A DNA stretch of 64,000 nucleotides from an uncultured cyanobacterium (GTDB taxonomy: Bacteria; Cyanobacteriota; Cyanobacteriia; PCC-6307; Cyanobiaceae): positions 640,001 through 704,000 of the forward strand of contig CAVXWZ010000011.1 of the NCBI GenBank assembly GCA_963765575.1, written 5' to 3'. Below, piece after piece: positions 38,590 through 48,785 of this stretch (within the stretch, counting starts at the first letter, position 1; every line of letters begins with the position of its first letter). The notes below the pieces were generated by a model. That model had not been told where the DNA came from. It did no database searches and saw only the letters and a list, made by a program, of their open reading frames with translations. The position numbers and the translations under genes are program-made.

Positions 38590-39781
38590 TAAATCGCTGG
38601 ATCACCACCGAGTTGCTGATGTCCACGAAGAAGCCCGACACCAGCGGCAAGATCAGGAAGGCGCGCTCGGCTGGGCCATAGGTCTGGGTGACCGCCGACA
38701 TATTGGCCATGGCAGTGGGGGTGGCGCCCATTGAGAAGCCCCCGAAGCCGGCGCAGAGCACGGCGGCCTGATAGTCCCCACCCATCAGCCGGAAAACAAC
38801 CAGCAGGGCATAGCCGAAGGCCATCAGGAATTGGATGCCCAGGATTAGCAGCAGCGATCCTCCCAGCCCCCGCAGGGTCCAGATCTGCAGACTCATCAGC
38901 GACATCGCCAGGAACACACCGAGCGCCAAATCCGACACCACCGCCAAGGCGGAACTGTGGGCCGGCCACGGCAGCTTCACCAGCCGCGGCAAGGTGTTGG
39001 TGAGGATGATGCCGGCGAATAGGGCGCAGACAAACAGGGGCAGGTTGCGGCCCATGTAGGAGAGAGCCTGGTAGATCAGCTGTCCGAATCCCACGCACAG
39101 GTTCAACCAAAACAGGGTGGCCAGCAGCCGGAAGCTGGTGATCGGGGGTCCGGGTTGGGCCGTTTCCGCCATCGGATCTCTGAGGGGATCACGCTGCCGC
39201 TGGGGCTCCGGTGGGGGAGCGCGGCGGATGAGCAGCCGGGCAATCGGTCCGCCCATTAGCGAGGAGAGAATCAGGCCGAAGGTCGCGCTGGCCACCCCAA
39301 TCTCCAGGGCGCTGTCGATCCCGTGCAGTTCGGTGAAGCGGGGCCCCCAGGCAATGGCGGTGCCATGGCCCCCCACCAGCGACACTGATCCGCCGAGCAG
39401 ACCTACAAGTGGATCGAGCCCCAGCAGGGTCGCCATGGCCACGCCCGTGAGGTTCTGGATCACGATGTACACCACCGTGACCACCAGCAGGATCAACAGC
39501 GGCCGGCCACCACTGCGCAGGGTGCGGACGTCGGCATTGAGCCCGATACCGGCGAAGAAATAGAGCAACAGGAAATCCCGCACCGCCAGATCGAAGCCCA
39601 CCTCCAGGCCGCTCACGGCGTACACCAGCGCCACCAGAAGGCTGACCAGCAGACCACTGGCCACGGGTTCGGGAATATTGAACTCACGCAGGGCCCGCAC
39701 CCGCCTGTGCAGCAGCTTGCCGACGGCCAGCACCATGATCGCGATGTTGAAGCTGGCGAAAGCGCCGATCTGCAACTGCAT
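38564..39781 (-). CDS. gltS: Sodium/glutamate symporter
   Basis: NIPEPV, GGHGTAIAW, ATFGL..GGP, MGATPTAMANM, PLVSGFFVD. Confidence 0.93.
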   Translation of the reverse strand: MQLQIGAFASFNIAIMVLAVGKLLHRRVRALREFNIPEPVASGLLVSLLVALVYAVSGLEVGFDLAVRDFLLLYFFAGIGLNADVRTLRSGGRPLLILLVVTVVYIVIQNLTGVAMATLLGLDPLVGLLGGSVSLVGGHGTAIAWGPRFTELHGIDSALEIGVASATFGLILSSLMGGPIARLLIRRAPPPEPQRQRDPLRDPMAETAQPGPPITSFRLLATLFWLNLCVGFGQLIYQALSYMGRNLPLFVCALFAGIILTNTLPRLVKLPWPAHSSALAVVSDLALGVFLAMSLMSLQIWTLRGLGGSLLLILGIQFLMAFGYALLVVFRLMGGDYQAAVLCAGFGGFSMGATPTAMANMSAVTQTYGPAERAFLILPLVSGFFVDISNSVVIQRFINWLGTAP

Positions 39782-39790
39782 CGCGGTGGC

Positions 39791-40708
39791 TCAGCCCTCG
39801 TCGCCGGCGTGGTAGCTGGAGCGTACGAGCGGGCCACCGCGCACCTGGGCAAAGCCCATCTCCCGGGCCAGCGCTGCCAGGTCGTCAAACTCCTCCGGCC
39901 GCCAATAGCGCGCCACCGGCAGGTGGGCGAGGGAGGGGCGCAGGTACTGGCCCAGGGTGAGCCGCTGGCAGCCCACCGCCCGCAGGTCGGCCAGGGTGGC
40001 GATCACCTCCGGGCGGCTCTCGCCCAGTCCCAGCATCAAGCCGCTCTTGGTGGGGATCTGCGGGGCCAGCTCCCGGGCCGCGGCCAGGAGCTCAAGGGAG
40101 CGGCGGTAGGTGGCGCCGCGGCGCACCTCCCCCTGCAGCCGCGCCACCGTTTCCAGGTTGTGGTTGAAGCACACCGGCCCTGCCGCCAGCACCGCCGCCA
40201 GGCGCTGGCGTTGGGCGGCGCGGCCGGCGGCCTCATCGCGGTGGCCCCCCCAGAAGTCGGGGGTGAGCACCTCGATCGCCACGACGGGGTCGCGCCGCCG
40301 GATCGCCGCCATGGCGGCCGTGAACAGCCCGGCGCCGTGGTCCTCCAGGTCGTCGCGGGCCACGGCGGTGAGCACCACATAACGCAGCCCCAGCACCGCC
40401 ACCGCCTCGGCCACCCGTTCGGCCTCGCCCCCGTCGAGGGCCACCGGCGCCTGGCCCTTGTCCACCTGGCAGAAGGCACAGCTGCGGGTGCAGATCGGCC
40501 CCCCTAGCAGGAAGGTGGCGGTGCCGCCGGCGTAGCACTCGGCCCGGTTGGGGCAGCGCCCCTCCTCGCAGATGGTGTGCAGGCGTTGCTGCTTCACCAC
40601 CGCCTGCACGCTCTCCAGGTCGGAGGCCTGGCCCACGGGCCGGCGCAGCCAGGGTGGCAGCCGTTCGGCTGGCGGGATGGTGCTGTAGCGCGATGGAGAC
40701 GGTGGCAT
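39791..40708 (-). CDS. lipA: Lipoyl synthase
   Basis: [40 protein letters not shown]. Confidence 0.96.
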   Translation of the reverse strand: MPPSPSRYSTIPPAERLPPWLRRPVGQASDLESVQAVVKQQRLHTICEEGRCPNRAECYAGGTATFLLGGPICTRSCAFCQVDKGQAPVALDGGEAERVAEAVAVLGLRYVVLTAVARDDLEDHGAGLFTAAMAAIRRRDPVVAIEVLTPDFWGGHRDEAAGRAAQRQRLAAVLAAGPVCFNHNLETVARLQGEVRRGATYRRSLELLAAARELAPQIPTKSGLMLGLGESRPEVIATLADLRAVGCQRLTLGQYLRPSLAHLPVARYWRPEEFDDLAALAREMGFAQVRGGPLVRSSYHAGDEG

Positions 40709-40830
40709 CAATCCGGGCGACGGGGTGATCAGGTCAGCAGCAGGCGGTCGATGAAGGGGTCCCAGCTGAGGCCAGCGGCATCGAACGGGTGGATGGGGAG
40801 TTCAGAGTCTCTGGCTATGCCATGGGCCGC

Positions 40831-41463
40831 TCATTCCACGGGTCGGCGGCCCTCGAAGGCCCGGGCCAGGGTCACCTCATCGGCGTAGTCCAGTTCGCTG
40901 CCCATCGGCAGCCCGTAGGCGATGCGGCTCACCTGGGTGAAGGGCCGCAGCAGCCGGGCCAGATAGAGGCTGGTGGTGTCACCTTCGACGCTGGGGGTGA
41001 GGGCCAGGATCACCTCCTCGATGGGCGGCTCGCCTGACGACTGCGGCTGCTCCGGGTCGGCGCCGGCCACCCGCCGCACCAGGGGCTGGATCTGCAGCAG
41101 TTCCGGCCCGACGCCGTCCATCGGCGAGATCAGCCCACCCAGCACGTGGTAGCGGCCCCGGAACTCCCGGGTGCGCTCCATCGCCAGCAGATCGCGGGAG
41201 TCGGCCACCACGCAGATCTGACCGTTGCTGCGTTCCGGATTGCGGCAGATTTCGCAGAGCGGATCAGCCGAGAGGTGGAAACAGCAGCGGCACTGGCCCA
41301 CCTGGCTGCGGGCCGCCAGCAGGGCTTCAGCAAAGCTGCGGATCTGCTCCTCAGGCTGGCGCAGCAGGTGCAGGGCCAGGCGTTGGGCCGTGCGTGGACC
41401 GATACCGGGAAGCCGCTCGAACTGATCGATCAGCCGGGCCAGTGGACGCGTGTAACCGCTCAG
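40831..41463 (-). CDS. recR: Recombination mediator RecR (probable CTG start)
   Basis: [13 protein letters not shown]hH, C4 zinc finger, [13 protein letters not shown]oprim, [12 protein letters not shown]. Confidence 0.93.
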   Translation of the reverse strand: MSGYTRPLARLIDQFERLPGIGPRTAQRLALHLLRQPEEQIRSFAEALLAARSQVGQCRCCFHLSADPLCEICRNPERSNGQICVVADSRDLLAMERTREFRGRYHVLGGLISPMDGVGPELLQIQPLVRRVAGADPEQPQSSGEPPIEEVILALTPSVEGDTTSLYLARLLRPFTQVSRIAYGLPMGSELDYADEVTLARAFEGRRPVE

Positions 41464-41543
41464 CGCTGCGCTGCCGCTGGGGGAAATGTAGGCGCCGCGC
41501 CCAGCAGAATGGCGTCGCTGCGCCTGCCCCCGTGCCCCCCGCC

Positions 41544-42110
41544 ATGACGCCGACCCGATCGCTGCTGCCCCGGCCCCTGATCCGCAACCTGCTGGCCCTG
41601 CTGCTGGCGGTGTCGCTTGTGGGCTGCAGTGCGGCGGCGGCGGGCCTGAATGGCTACCAGAGCCCCGACGGCCGCTACGCCTTCCTCTACCCCACCGGCT
41701 GGACCCGGGTGCAGGTGAGCGGCGGCCCCCAGGTGGTGTTCCACGACCTGATCAACAGCGATGAAACCCTCAGCCTGGTGGTGTCGGAGGTGAATCCCGA
41801 CTCCGACCTGATGGACCTGGGCAGCGCCGTGGCGGTGGGCGAGCGCCTGCGCCGCAACGTGATCGCCCCGGAGGGCAGTGGTCGGGCTGCGGAACTGCTG
41901 CAGGCCGATGAGCGCCAGCAGGGCGGCCGCACCTTCTACGACCTGGAATACGCCGTGCACCTGCAGGACCGTGACCGCCATGAGCTGGCCACGGTGGTGG
42001 TGGATCGGGGCCGCCTCTACACCCTCGCCGCCAGCACCAACGAGATCCGCTGGAGCAAGGTGAAGGATCTCTTCCAGCAGGTGGTGACATCCTTCAACCT
42101 GCTGGTCTGA
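41544..42110 (+). CDS. psbP: Photosystem II lipoprotein CyanoP (PsbP-like)
   Basis: Lipobox [28 protein letters not shown]. Confidence 0.88.
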   Translation: MTPTRSLLPRPLIRNLLALLLAVSLVGCSAAAAGLNGYQSPDGRYAFLYPTGWTRVQVSGGPQVVFHDLINSDETLSLVVSEVNPDSDLMDLGSAVAVGERLRRNVIAPEGSGRAAELLQADERQQGGRTFYDLEYAVHLQDRDRHELATVVVDRGRLYTLAASTNEIRWSKVKDLFQQVVTSFNLLV

Positions 42111-42111
42111 G

Positions 42112-43203
42112 GTGGATGTCGCCGTGGTGGGTGGCGGCCTGGCCGGCGGGCTGCTGGCCCTTGAGCTGGCCGAGCGGGGCCTGGCCACCCAGCTCATCGA
42201 TCCACTCATCGACCCACTCGTCGAACCCCTGATCGGCAATGCCACGGCCCTGAGCTATGGCGCCATGGCCCCCTGGGCGGCCCCTCTGAGCCCGATGGGC
42301 CGCCTGATCCGCGGCGCTCCGGGCCGCTGGCGGGCGCTGCAGCGGCGCCATGGCGACCTGGGCTGGCAGCGTGCCTGCTTCCGTCCCCTCGGCACTGGTG
42401 CACCCCTCGGTGGGCGTCTGCGCTTGCCCTGCAGCCGGGTGCTGGCACCGGTGCTGCAGCGGCGCTGGCCCCAGGTGCTACGTCAGGCCGGCGTGCGGCT
42501 CACGGCAGCGCGGGTGACGGCCCTGGAGCCCCACCCCGCTGTTGCGGGTGGGTGGCGGCTGCAGCTGGAGCGGGGGCCGACGCTGGAGGTGCCCCAGCTG
42601 GTGCTGGCCGCCGGTGCCGGCTGCAGGGCCCTCTGGCCAGCCCTGCCGGCCCGGCTGCGGGCGAGCTGGGCTGGCGTGCTGGTGCTCGACCCGAGGGCTG
42701 GACCGGGCCCGGCCGGGGGCGGACTGCGCCTGCCGGCCCGCTTCAGCCGCCTGGCCCTGGAGGCCCGGGCCGCGGATCTGCGCGAGCAGGCCTGGGTGGT
42801 GGACCCGGGCCTGCTGAGCTGGGGCGAGGGCTGGCTGGCGGGTCAGATCAGCCTGCTGCGGCCGGCGCTGGACGCCGGCGAACCGCCCCCTGCAGACCTG
42901 CAGGAGACGCGCCTGCGCCAGGCCCTGGCCGCCATCGACAGCGCCCTGGCCACCTGGCCTGGGCGCTTCCGCCAGGTGCCGGTGAGTTTCTGTCCTGGCG
43001 GGCTGCCCCTGGTGGGCCCCCTGGGCGCGCAGGGGTTGTGGGTGTTCAGCGGCTTCAGCGGCGCCTTTGCCCAGGTGCCGGTGCTGGCGCCGCTGCTGGC
43101 CGACGGGATCGCCGCTGTCGCTGCCCCGGCCGGTGCAGGCCAGGGGCGGCTCAGCCAGGTCTGCGGGCGCCTGCAACGGCTCGGTGTGCTGCCTGATCAG
43201 TAG
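42112..43203 (+). CDS. FAD-dependent oxidoreductase (DAO family)
   Basis: DVAVVGGGLAG, ATALSYG, VLAAGA, GLPLVG, FSGFSG. Confidence 0.85.
   Translation: MDVAVVGGGLAGGLLALELAERGLATQLIDPLIDPLVEPLIGNATALSYGAMAPWAAPLSPMGRLIRGAPGRWRALQRRHGDLGWQRACFRPLGTGAPLGGRLRLPCSRVLAPVLQRRWPQVLRQAGVRLTAARVTALEPHPAVAGGWRLQLERGPTLEVPQLVLAAGAGCRALWPALPARLRASWAGVLVLDPRAGPGPAGGGLRLPARFSRLALEARAADLREQAWVVDPGLLSWGEGWLAGQISLLRPALDAGEPPPADLQETRLRQALAAIDSALATWPGRFRQVPVSFCPGGLPLVGPLGAQGLWVFSGFSGAFAQVPVLAPLLADGIAAVAAPAGAGQGRLSQVCGRLQRLGVLPDQ
42193..42235 (+). repeat. Degenerate 12-bp in-frame tandem repeat (LIDP LIDP LVEP LI)
   Basis: CTCATCGATCCA CTCATCGACCCA CTCGTCGAACCC CTGATCG. Confidence 0.8.
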
Positions 43204-44102
43204 GTGTAGCGGCCGTCGTCACGGCCGGCTCCCCTGCCGGACGGTTCCGGCCAGGTGGCCTCCCAGTAGCTGATGCCATCGAGGTAGAAGGGGTAGCCGT
43301 CCAGCCGCTCGATCTGCAGTTCGGTGGTGCCCATGGCGGTGATCAGCCCGCCCAGCTCCATCGGCCCCAGGTCGGTCTTGATGTCGTTGCCGACCGCCGC
43401 CAGCACCATCGGCAGCCGCACCAGTTGGTCGGGGCGGGTGAGCTTGCGGAAGAGGGCATGCAGGGCCAGTTGCTGGCGTTCGATGCGGCCGATGTCGCCC
43501 ATCTCGTCGTGGCGGAAGCGCAGAAAACCCTCCAGATCCTTCCCCCGCAGGTTCTGGCGGCCGGGCTGAAGATCGATCGTCAGGCCCTGGCTCTGGTCCA
43601 CGTAGTAGAGGCGCTTGGGCACATCCACCTCGATGCCGCCCACGGCATCGGCCATGCGCCGGATCGCCGCCAGGTTCACCACCACGGTGTGGCTGATCGG
43701 CCGGCCCATGCGGCGCGAGAGCTCGCGCGTCACCAGGTCCCTGCCACCGAGGGGGTAGAGGGCGTTCACCTTCTGGGGGCCGTAGCCCTCCACCTCGATG
43801 TAGGTGTCGCGTGGCACCTGGGTCACCTTGGTGGTGCCGCCGTCGATGCGCACGCTGGCGATGACGTCGGTGAGGCCGCCCTGGGCATCGGTGCCGAGCA
43901 GGAGGATGTTCTGGCTGCCCACCCGGCTCCAGGCGGCAAAGGGGTTGATGACGCGCTGGTTGTTCTCCAGCGGGTTCTCACTCAGCCACTCCGCGAGCGG
44001 CTGGGCCAGCAGCAGACCGCCGCCGAGACCGAGGGCCATGGCCAGCAGCACAGGCCCCCGGTGGCCCCGCCTGCGTGTCCGTCGACCTGCCGAACGGCTC
44101 AT
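43197..44102 (-). CDS. LCP (LytR-CpsA-Psr) family protein
   Basis: N-terminal TM; ILLLGTD, VPRDT, KVNA, FLRFRHDEMGDIGRIERQQ. Confidence 0.92.
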   Translation of the reverse strand: MSRSAGRRTRRRGHRGPVLLAMALGLGGGLLLAQPLAEWLSENPLENNQRVINPFAAWSRVGSQNILLLGTDAQGGLTDVIASVRIDGGTTKVTQVPRDTYIEVEGYGPQKVNALYPLGGRDLVTRELSRRMGRPISHTVVVNLAAIRRMADAVGGIEVDVPKRLYYVDQSQGLTIDLQPGRQNLRGKDLEGFLRFRHDEMGDIGRIERQQLALHALFRKLTRPDQLVRLPMVLAAVGNDIKTDLGPMELGGLITAMGTTELQIERLDGYPFYLDGISYWEATWPEPSGRGAGRDDGRYTY

Positions 44103-44232
44103 GACACCAACGCTATGGCAGCCCCGGGCGCCGGCGGCCGGGTGGTGCCGCTGGCCCAACCGGTCGGTCGCCCTGCCGCCGCCCTACGGCACGGTGGGGC
44201 CAGGGGCCAGGCGCAGGGGGTGGTGGAGCTGC

Positions 44233-46056
44233 TCACAGGGCCAGCCGCTCGCCACTGCGCAGCCCGGCCTGCACGCGCCAGAGATTGGCGTAGGCGCCTT
44301 CGGCGGCGATCAGCTCCTCGTGGCGGCCGCTCTCCACGATCCGGCCCTGCTCCATGACCACGATGCGGTCGGCGTGGCGCACGGTCGAAAGCCGGTGGGC
44401 GATCACCAGGGTGGTGCGTTCGGCCGTGATCAGATCGAGGGAGCGCTGGATGGCGGCCTCAGTGTCGTTGTCCACCGCGGCGGTGGCCTCGTCGAGGATC
44501 AGCACGGGGGGATTTTTGAGGATGGCGCGGGCCAGGGCGATGCGCTGCCGTTGCCCGCCGCTGAGGCGCTGGCCCCGCTCCCCCACCACCGTGTCGTACC
44601 CCTGGGGCAGGGCGGCGATGAAGCCGGCGGCCTCGGCCAGCTGGGCGGCCCGCTCGATCGCCGCCCGCGGCGCCTCGAAGCTGCCGTAGGCGATGTTTTC
44701 GGCCACGCTGCCATGGAACAAAAAGGCTTCCTGACTCACCAGGCCGATGGCCTGGCGCAGATCGGCGAGCCGCAACTGGCTGATCGGCACGCCGTCGAGG
44801 CGAATGCAACCGGCCTGGAGCTCGTAGAGCCGCAGCAGCAGCTTCACGATCGTGCTCTTGCCTGAGCCGGTGGACCCCACGATCCCCAGAGTGCTGCCCG
44901 CTGGCACCGCCAGGCTGAAGTTGCGCAGCAGGGGGTCGCGGCCGCTGTAGCCGAAGCCCACGGCATCGAAGCGGATCTCGCCACGCACCTGGGCCAGGGA
45001 CAGGGGCTGGCTGCCGCCGGGAATGGCGATGGGGGTGTCCAGCAGATCCAGCACCCGGTCAGTGGAGGCCATCGCCCGCTGGTAGTCATCGAGGGTGCGG
45101 CCCAGGGTGGTGAGGGGCCACAGCAGCCGTTGGGTGATGAACACCAGGAAGGCATAGCTGCCGGTGGCGATCTCGCCGCGCCAGGCCTGCAGGCCGCCGA
45201 TCACCAGGATGGCGATGAAGGCGAACAGAATCGCGTAGCGGATCAGGGGCACAAAGGCGGCTGAGAGGCGGATGGCGCGGCCATTGGCCACCCGATACGA
45301 CTGGCTCTGCGCCCGCAACCGGCCCAGCTCGTGCTGTTCGGCCACGTAGCTCTTGATCGTGAGCATGCCGCCCAGGTTGGTGCTCAGCCGGCTGGCCAGA
45401 TCACCGGCCTGTTCGCGCACGGCTGCGTAGCGGGGTGCCAGGCGCTTCTGAAAGCGCAGCGACCCCCACAGAATCACCGGGATCGGCAGGAAGGAGATGC
45501 CGGCCACCCCCGGGGAGATCACCACCATGGCGCCGCCCACGACCAGCACGGTGGTGAACAGTTGCAGGATCTCGTTGGCACCGTGGTCGAGAAACCGCTC
45601 CAACTGGTTGATGTCGTCATTGAGGACGGCCATCAGCCGGCCGCTGCTGCGCTGCTCGAAGTAGGCCATCTCCAGGTGCTGCAGATGGTCGTAGGCCTCC
45701 AGCCGCAACTCGTGCTGAACCGTCTGGGCAAGATTGCGCCAGAGCACTCCGTAGAGGTATTCGAACAGCGACTCGGCGCTCCAGATCAGGAACGACAGCA
45801 CCGCCAGCACGCCCAGTTGCGAGGGCACGCTGGTGAAGCCCAGGGCCGCCAGCCAGGAGGAGTCCTCCTGCACCACCACGTCCACCGCCAGGCCGATCAG
45901 CACCGGTGGCGCCAGGTCGAACAGCTTGTTGAGCACCGAGCAGCTGGCTGCCAGCCACACCAAACGGCGGTGGGGCCGGAGGGTGCTCAGCAGGCGGCTC
46001 AGACCATCGGTCGCAGGGGAGGTCGTAGGGGAGTGCCGCGAACGGGCGGGAACCAT
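44233..46056 (-). CDS. ABC transporter, fused permease/ATPase (MsbA-like exporter)
   Basis: Six TM segments, GSTGSGKS, LSGGQRQR, LILDEAT, IAHRLST. Confidence 0.94.
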   Translation of the reverse strand: MVPARSRHSPTTSPATDGLSRLLSTLRPHRRLVWLAASCSVLNKLFDLAPPVLIGLAVDVVVQEDSSWLAALGFTSVPSQLGVLAVLSFLIWSAESLFEYLYGVLWRNLAQTVQHELRLEAYDHLQHLEMAYFEQRSSGRLMAVLNDDINQLERFLDHGANEILQLFTTVLVVGGAMVVISPGVAGISFLPIPVILWGSLRFQKRLAPRYAAVREQAGDLASRLSTNLGGMLTIKSYVAEQHELGRLRAQSQSYRVANGRAIRLSAAFVPLIRYAILFAFIAILVIGGLQAWRGEIATGSYAFLVFITQRLLWPLTTLGRTLDDYQRAMASTDRVLDLLDTPIAIPGGSQPLSLAQVRGEIRFDAVGFGYSGRDPLLRNFSLAVPAGSTLGIVGSTGSGKSTIVKLLLRLYELQAGCIRLDGVPISQLRLADLRQAIGLVSQEAFLFHGSVAENIAYGSFEAPRAAIERAAQLAEAAGFIAALPQGYDTVVGERGQRLSGGQRQRIALARAILKNPPVLILDEATAAVDNDTEAAIQRSLDLITAERTTLVIAHRLSTVRHADRIVVMEQGRIVESGRHEELIAAEGAYANLWRVQAGLRSGERLAL

Positions 46057-46134
46057 GGGCCGTGGGGGAATGGTGAAGCTTCGCGCAGGGCCCCGCTGGG
46101 CCAGGAGCTCAGGCGCAGGGGTGCCGCTGAAGCC

Positions 46135-46443
46135 TCACCAGCGATTGCCACCGCCACCGCCGCCACCACCGCCGCCGCCACGACCGCCACCGCCACCACC
46201 TTCGCGGGGGGTGGCTTTGTTGACGCGGATCATGCGACCCATCCACTCCACGTCCTGGAGATCGTCGATGGCTTTCTGCTCGTCGGCCTCCTGGGCGAGT
46301 TCAACAAAGGCGAAGCCACGTTTGCGGCCGGTTTCGCGGTCAAGCGGGAGGCTGCACTGGCGCACCTCGCCGTACTGGGCGAAGAGATCGACAAGGTCTT
46401 CCCGTTCGGCCTGAAACGAGAGGTTGCCCACGTAGATGGTCAT
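46135..46443 (-). CDS. rbp: RRM RNA-binding protein with Gly-rich tail (Rbp family)
   Basis: RNP2 IYVGNL, RNP1 RGFAFVEL, EWMGR..RVNKA, poly-Gly C-terminus. Confidence 0.95.
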   Translation of the reverse strand: MTIYVGNLSFQAEREDLVDLFAQYGEVRQCSLPLDRETGRKRGFAFVELAQEADEQKAIDDLQDVEWMGRMIRVNKATPREGGGGGGRGGGGGGGGGGGNRW

Positions 46444-46574
46444 GAATGAAGCGAAGCCAGGAGCTGATCGTTGGCGATTCCTCGAATGCCGGGGTTCCCA
46501 GGGATGGCCCGATGGACCTGGTGGCCCGATCGACCCGGTGGTTGCCGCCGGCAGCCTGAACGCGATGAATTAGT

Positions 46575-46593
46575 TGAATCCTACGTGGATTCA
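46575..46593. promoter_or_regulatory. Perfect 7-bp inverted repeat upstream of rbp
   Basis: TGAATCC-tacgt-GGATTCA. Confidence 0.45.
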
Positions 46594-46735
46594 GGCCGGA
46601 CCATGGAGAAACTTGAAGGACCGTGGAAGACAACCTGAAGAAGTTCGGGTGATCCCGGGCCCCGTCCCATTGTCAGCGAACCCTGATCTGCCTGCGTTCA
46701 GCGGCCCCTCCGCCTCCGTTCCCACCGAAACCCCG

Positions 46736-46939
46736 ATGATGACGGCCCCTGTCCCCTGGAGCCTCGCCTGGAGCGAGGATGGAGAACTGGCTCCGCAGGA
46801 TCGGTTTGACCTGCTGCAGAGCCTGGTGCAGACGGAGGGTCTGGAGGTTCAGTGCTCCCTGATCGCGGCGGTGGAATCGCTGGTCGTCGCCGAGGTCAGC
46901 ACGATGAGCGTCAGCGACGTCACCGGTCTGTGTTCCTGA
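46736..46939 (+). CDS. Small hypothetical protein
   Basis: 67 aa, VPWSLAWSEDGELAPQD; fills the rbp-helicase gap. Confidence 0.6.
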   Translation: MMTAPVPWSLAWSEDGELAPQDRFDLLQSLVQTEGLEVQCSLIAAVESLVVAEVSTMSVSDVTGLCS

Positions 46940-48785
46940 GACGGCTGATCTGCAGGGGCTTGCTCAGCACCCGCAGGTCCCGCAGGGTCTCAAACACCTC
47001 CTCCGGCATGCCCCGGGGCAGATCCACCGTGCTGTGGGTGTCGAAGATCTGGATGCGGCCGATCGACTTGCCGTTGAGGCCGGTTTCGTTGGCGATCGCG
47101 CCCACCAGGTTGCCCGGCTTGATGCGGTCCCGCCAACCCAGTTCCACGCGGAAGCGCTCCATGTTGTCTTCGGGGGGACCCTGGGGGCGCTCACCGCGGA
47201 CGCCGCGGCGGGGTTCCCGGCCGCGATCCCGACCATCCCGACCGATCCCGTCGCGGCCCGGACCCTGGGGCCGCACCGTGGTGAAGTCGTCGTTGCCCTG
47301 CAGCAGCAGGGGTTTGCCGGCAAGGCTGAGTTCCAGGGCCGCCAGCGCCAGCCGTTCGGGGCTGCAGTCCTGCTCCTGGGCCACCCGCTGCAGGATCTCG
47401 CTGAGCAGGGCACTCTCCTCGTCGCGACAGCTGCTCTGATGCAGAGCGCCGGTGAGGCGCTGGCGCAGGCGATCGAGGCGGTGCTGGTTGATGGTGGCGT
47501 TGCCGGGCACCTCCATGGGCTCGATCGGTTTGCCCGCGGCCCGCTCCAGCCCGCCCAGGAAGCGGCGCTCCCGGGGGGTGAGGAAGAGGATGGCCTCACC
47601 GCTGCGGCCGGCACGACCGGTGCGGCCGATGCGGTGCACATAGGCCTCGCCATCGAAGGGGATGTCGTAGTTGATCACCAGGCCGACGCGCTCCACATCC
47701 AGGCCGCGGGCCGCCACATCAGTGGCCACCAGCACGTCCACATGGCCGCTCTTCAGCCGCTCGATCGTGCGCTCCCGCTGGGCCTGGGGCACGTCGCCGT
47801 TGAGCACGGCCACGTCGTAGCCATGGGCCTCCAGCGACTCGGCCACCGTGACGGTGATGGCTTTGGTGCGGGCGAAGATGATCACACCCTCGCCGCCCTC
47901 GCTCTCCAGCACGCGCTCCAGGGCGCCGATCTTGTGGGGAGCCGGCACGATGAGGTACCGCTGACGGATGCGTCCGGCATCGGCGGCCTTGGTGCGGATC
48001 GTGACCTCCGCCGGGCTGCTCAGGTATTGCTGGGAGATGCGACGGATCTCGGCCGGCATGGTGGCCGAGAACAGCACCACCTGGCGCTGCTTGGGCAACT
48101 GGCCGAGCACCCACTCGACGTCGTCGATGAAGCCCATGCGCAGCATCTCGTCGGCCTCATCGAGCACCAGGGTGCGCAGCCCGGAGAGATCGAGGGTGCC
48201 CTGGCGCATGTGGTCCATCACCCGGCCGGGGGTGCCCACCACGATCTGGGCGCCGCGGCGCAGCTGCTGGATCTGGTCGCGGAAATCGGCGCCGCCGTAG
48301 ATGGCCACGGTGCGCACCCGGGGCAGCTCGGCGGCATAGCTGTTGAACGACGCGGCCACCTGCAGGGCCAGTTCCCGGGTGGGGGCCAGCACCAGCACCT
48401 GGGGGCCGCGCTGCTCGGGATCGAGGCGCGCCAGCATCGGCAGGGCGAAGGCCGCCGTCTTGCCGGTGCCGGTCTGGGCCTGGCCCACCAGGTCGCGGCC
48501 CAGCAGCAGTTCGGGGATGGCCGCCTGCTGGATCGGCGAGGGGTCGCGGTAGCCGATCGCCGCCAGGGTTTTAAGAATTTCGGTGCCGAAGCCGAAATGG
48601 GCAAAGCCGCTCGCCAGGTCGGCGCCGTCGGCAGGGGTGGGGTCGCCGGTTTCAGCGCTGACAGCCTGGCTGGCCTCCTCCTGGGTATCGCCGGCATCGA
48701 CGGGCGTGGACTGGATGGCCGGGGGCTGGGTGTCGGTGGGGCCGCTCAGGCCGTTGTCGTTGGTGGGTTCGATCAGGGAAGTCAA
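46920..48785 (-). CDS. deaD: DEAD-box RNA helicase with DbpA-type RNA-binding domain (DeaD/CsdA-like)
   Basis: Q motif PSPIQ, AQTGTGKT, PTRELA, DEAD, SAT, ARGLD, HRIGRTGRAG; TTG start 48785. Confidence 0.93.
   Translation of the reverse strand: MTSLIEPTNDNGLSGPTDTQPPAIQSTPVDAGDTQEEASQAVSAETGDPTPADGADLASGFAHFGFGTEILKTLAAIGYRDPSPIQQAAIPELLLGRDLVGQAQTGTGKTAAFALPMLARLDPEQRGPQVLVLAPTRELALQVAASFNSYAAELPRVRTVAIYGGADFRDQIQQLRRGAQIVVGTPGRVMDHMRQGTLDLSGLRTLVLDEADEMLRMGFIDDVEWVLGQLPKQRQVVLFSATMPAEIRRISQQYLSSPAEVTIRTKAADAGRIRQRYLIVPAPHKIGALERVLESEGGEGVIIFARTKAITVTVAESLEAHGYDVAVLNGDVPQAQRERTIERLKSGHVDVLVATDVAARGLDVERVGLVINYDIPFDGEAYVHRIGRTGRAGRSGEAILFLTPRERRFLGGLERAAGKPIEPMEVPGNATINQHRLDRLRQRLTGALHQSSCRDEESALLSEILQRVAQEQDCSPERLALAALELSLAGKPLLLQGNDDFTTVRPQGPGRDGIGRDGRDRGREPRRGVRGERPQGPPEDNMERFRVELGWRDRIKPGNLVGAIANETGLNGKSIGRIQIFDTHSTVDLPRGMPEEVFETLRDLRVLSKPLQISRLRNTDR

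Noticed and set aside
40729..40833. Open frame continuing 33 codons after the recR TGA (readthrough or selenocysteine?)
   Set aside because: RecR is already complete, no SECIS-like hairpin recognised, and such open stretches are common at this GC.
46147..46200. (CCG/CCA)n low-complexity run
   Set aside because: Encodes the normal poly-Gly tail of Rbp.
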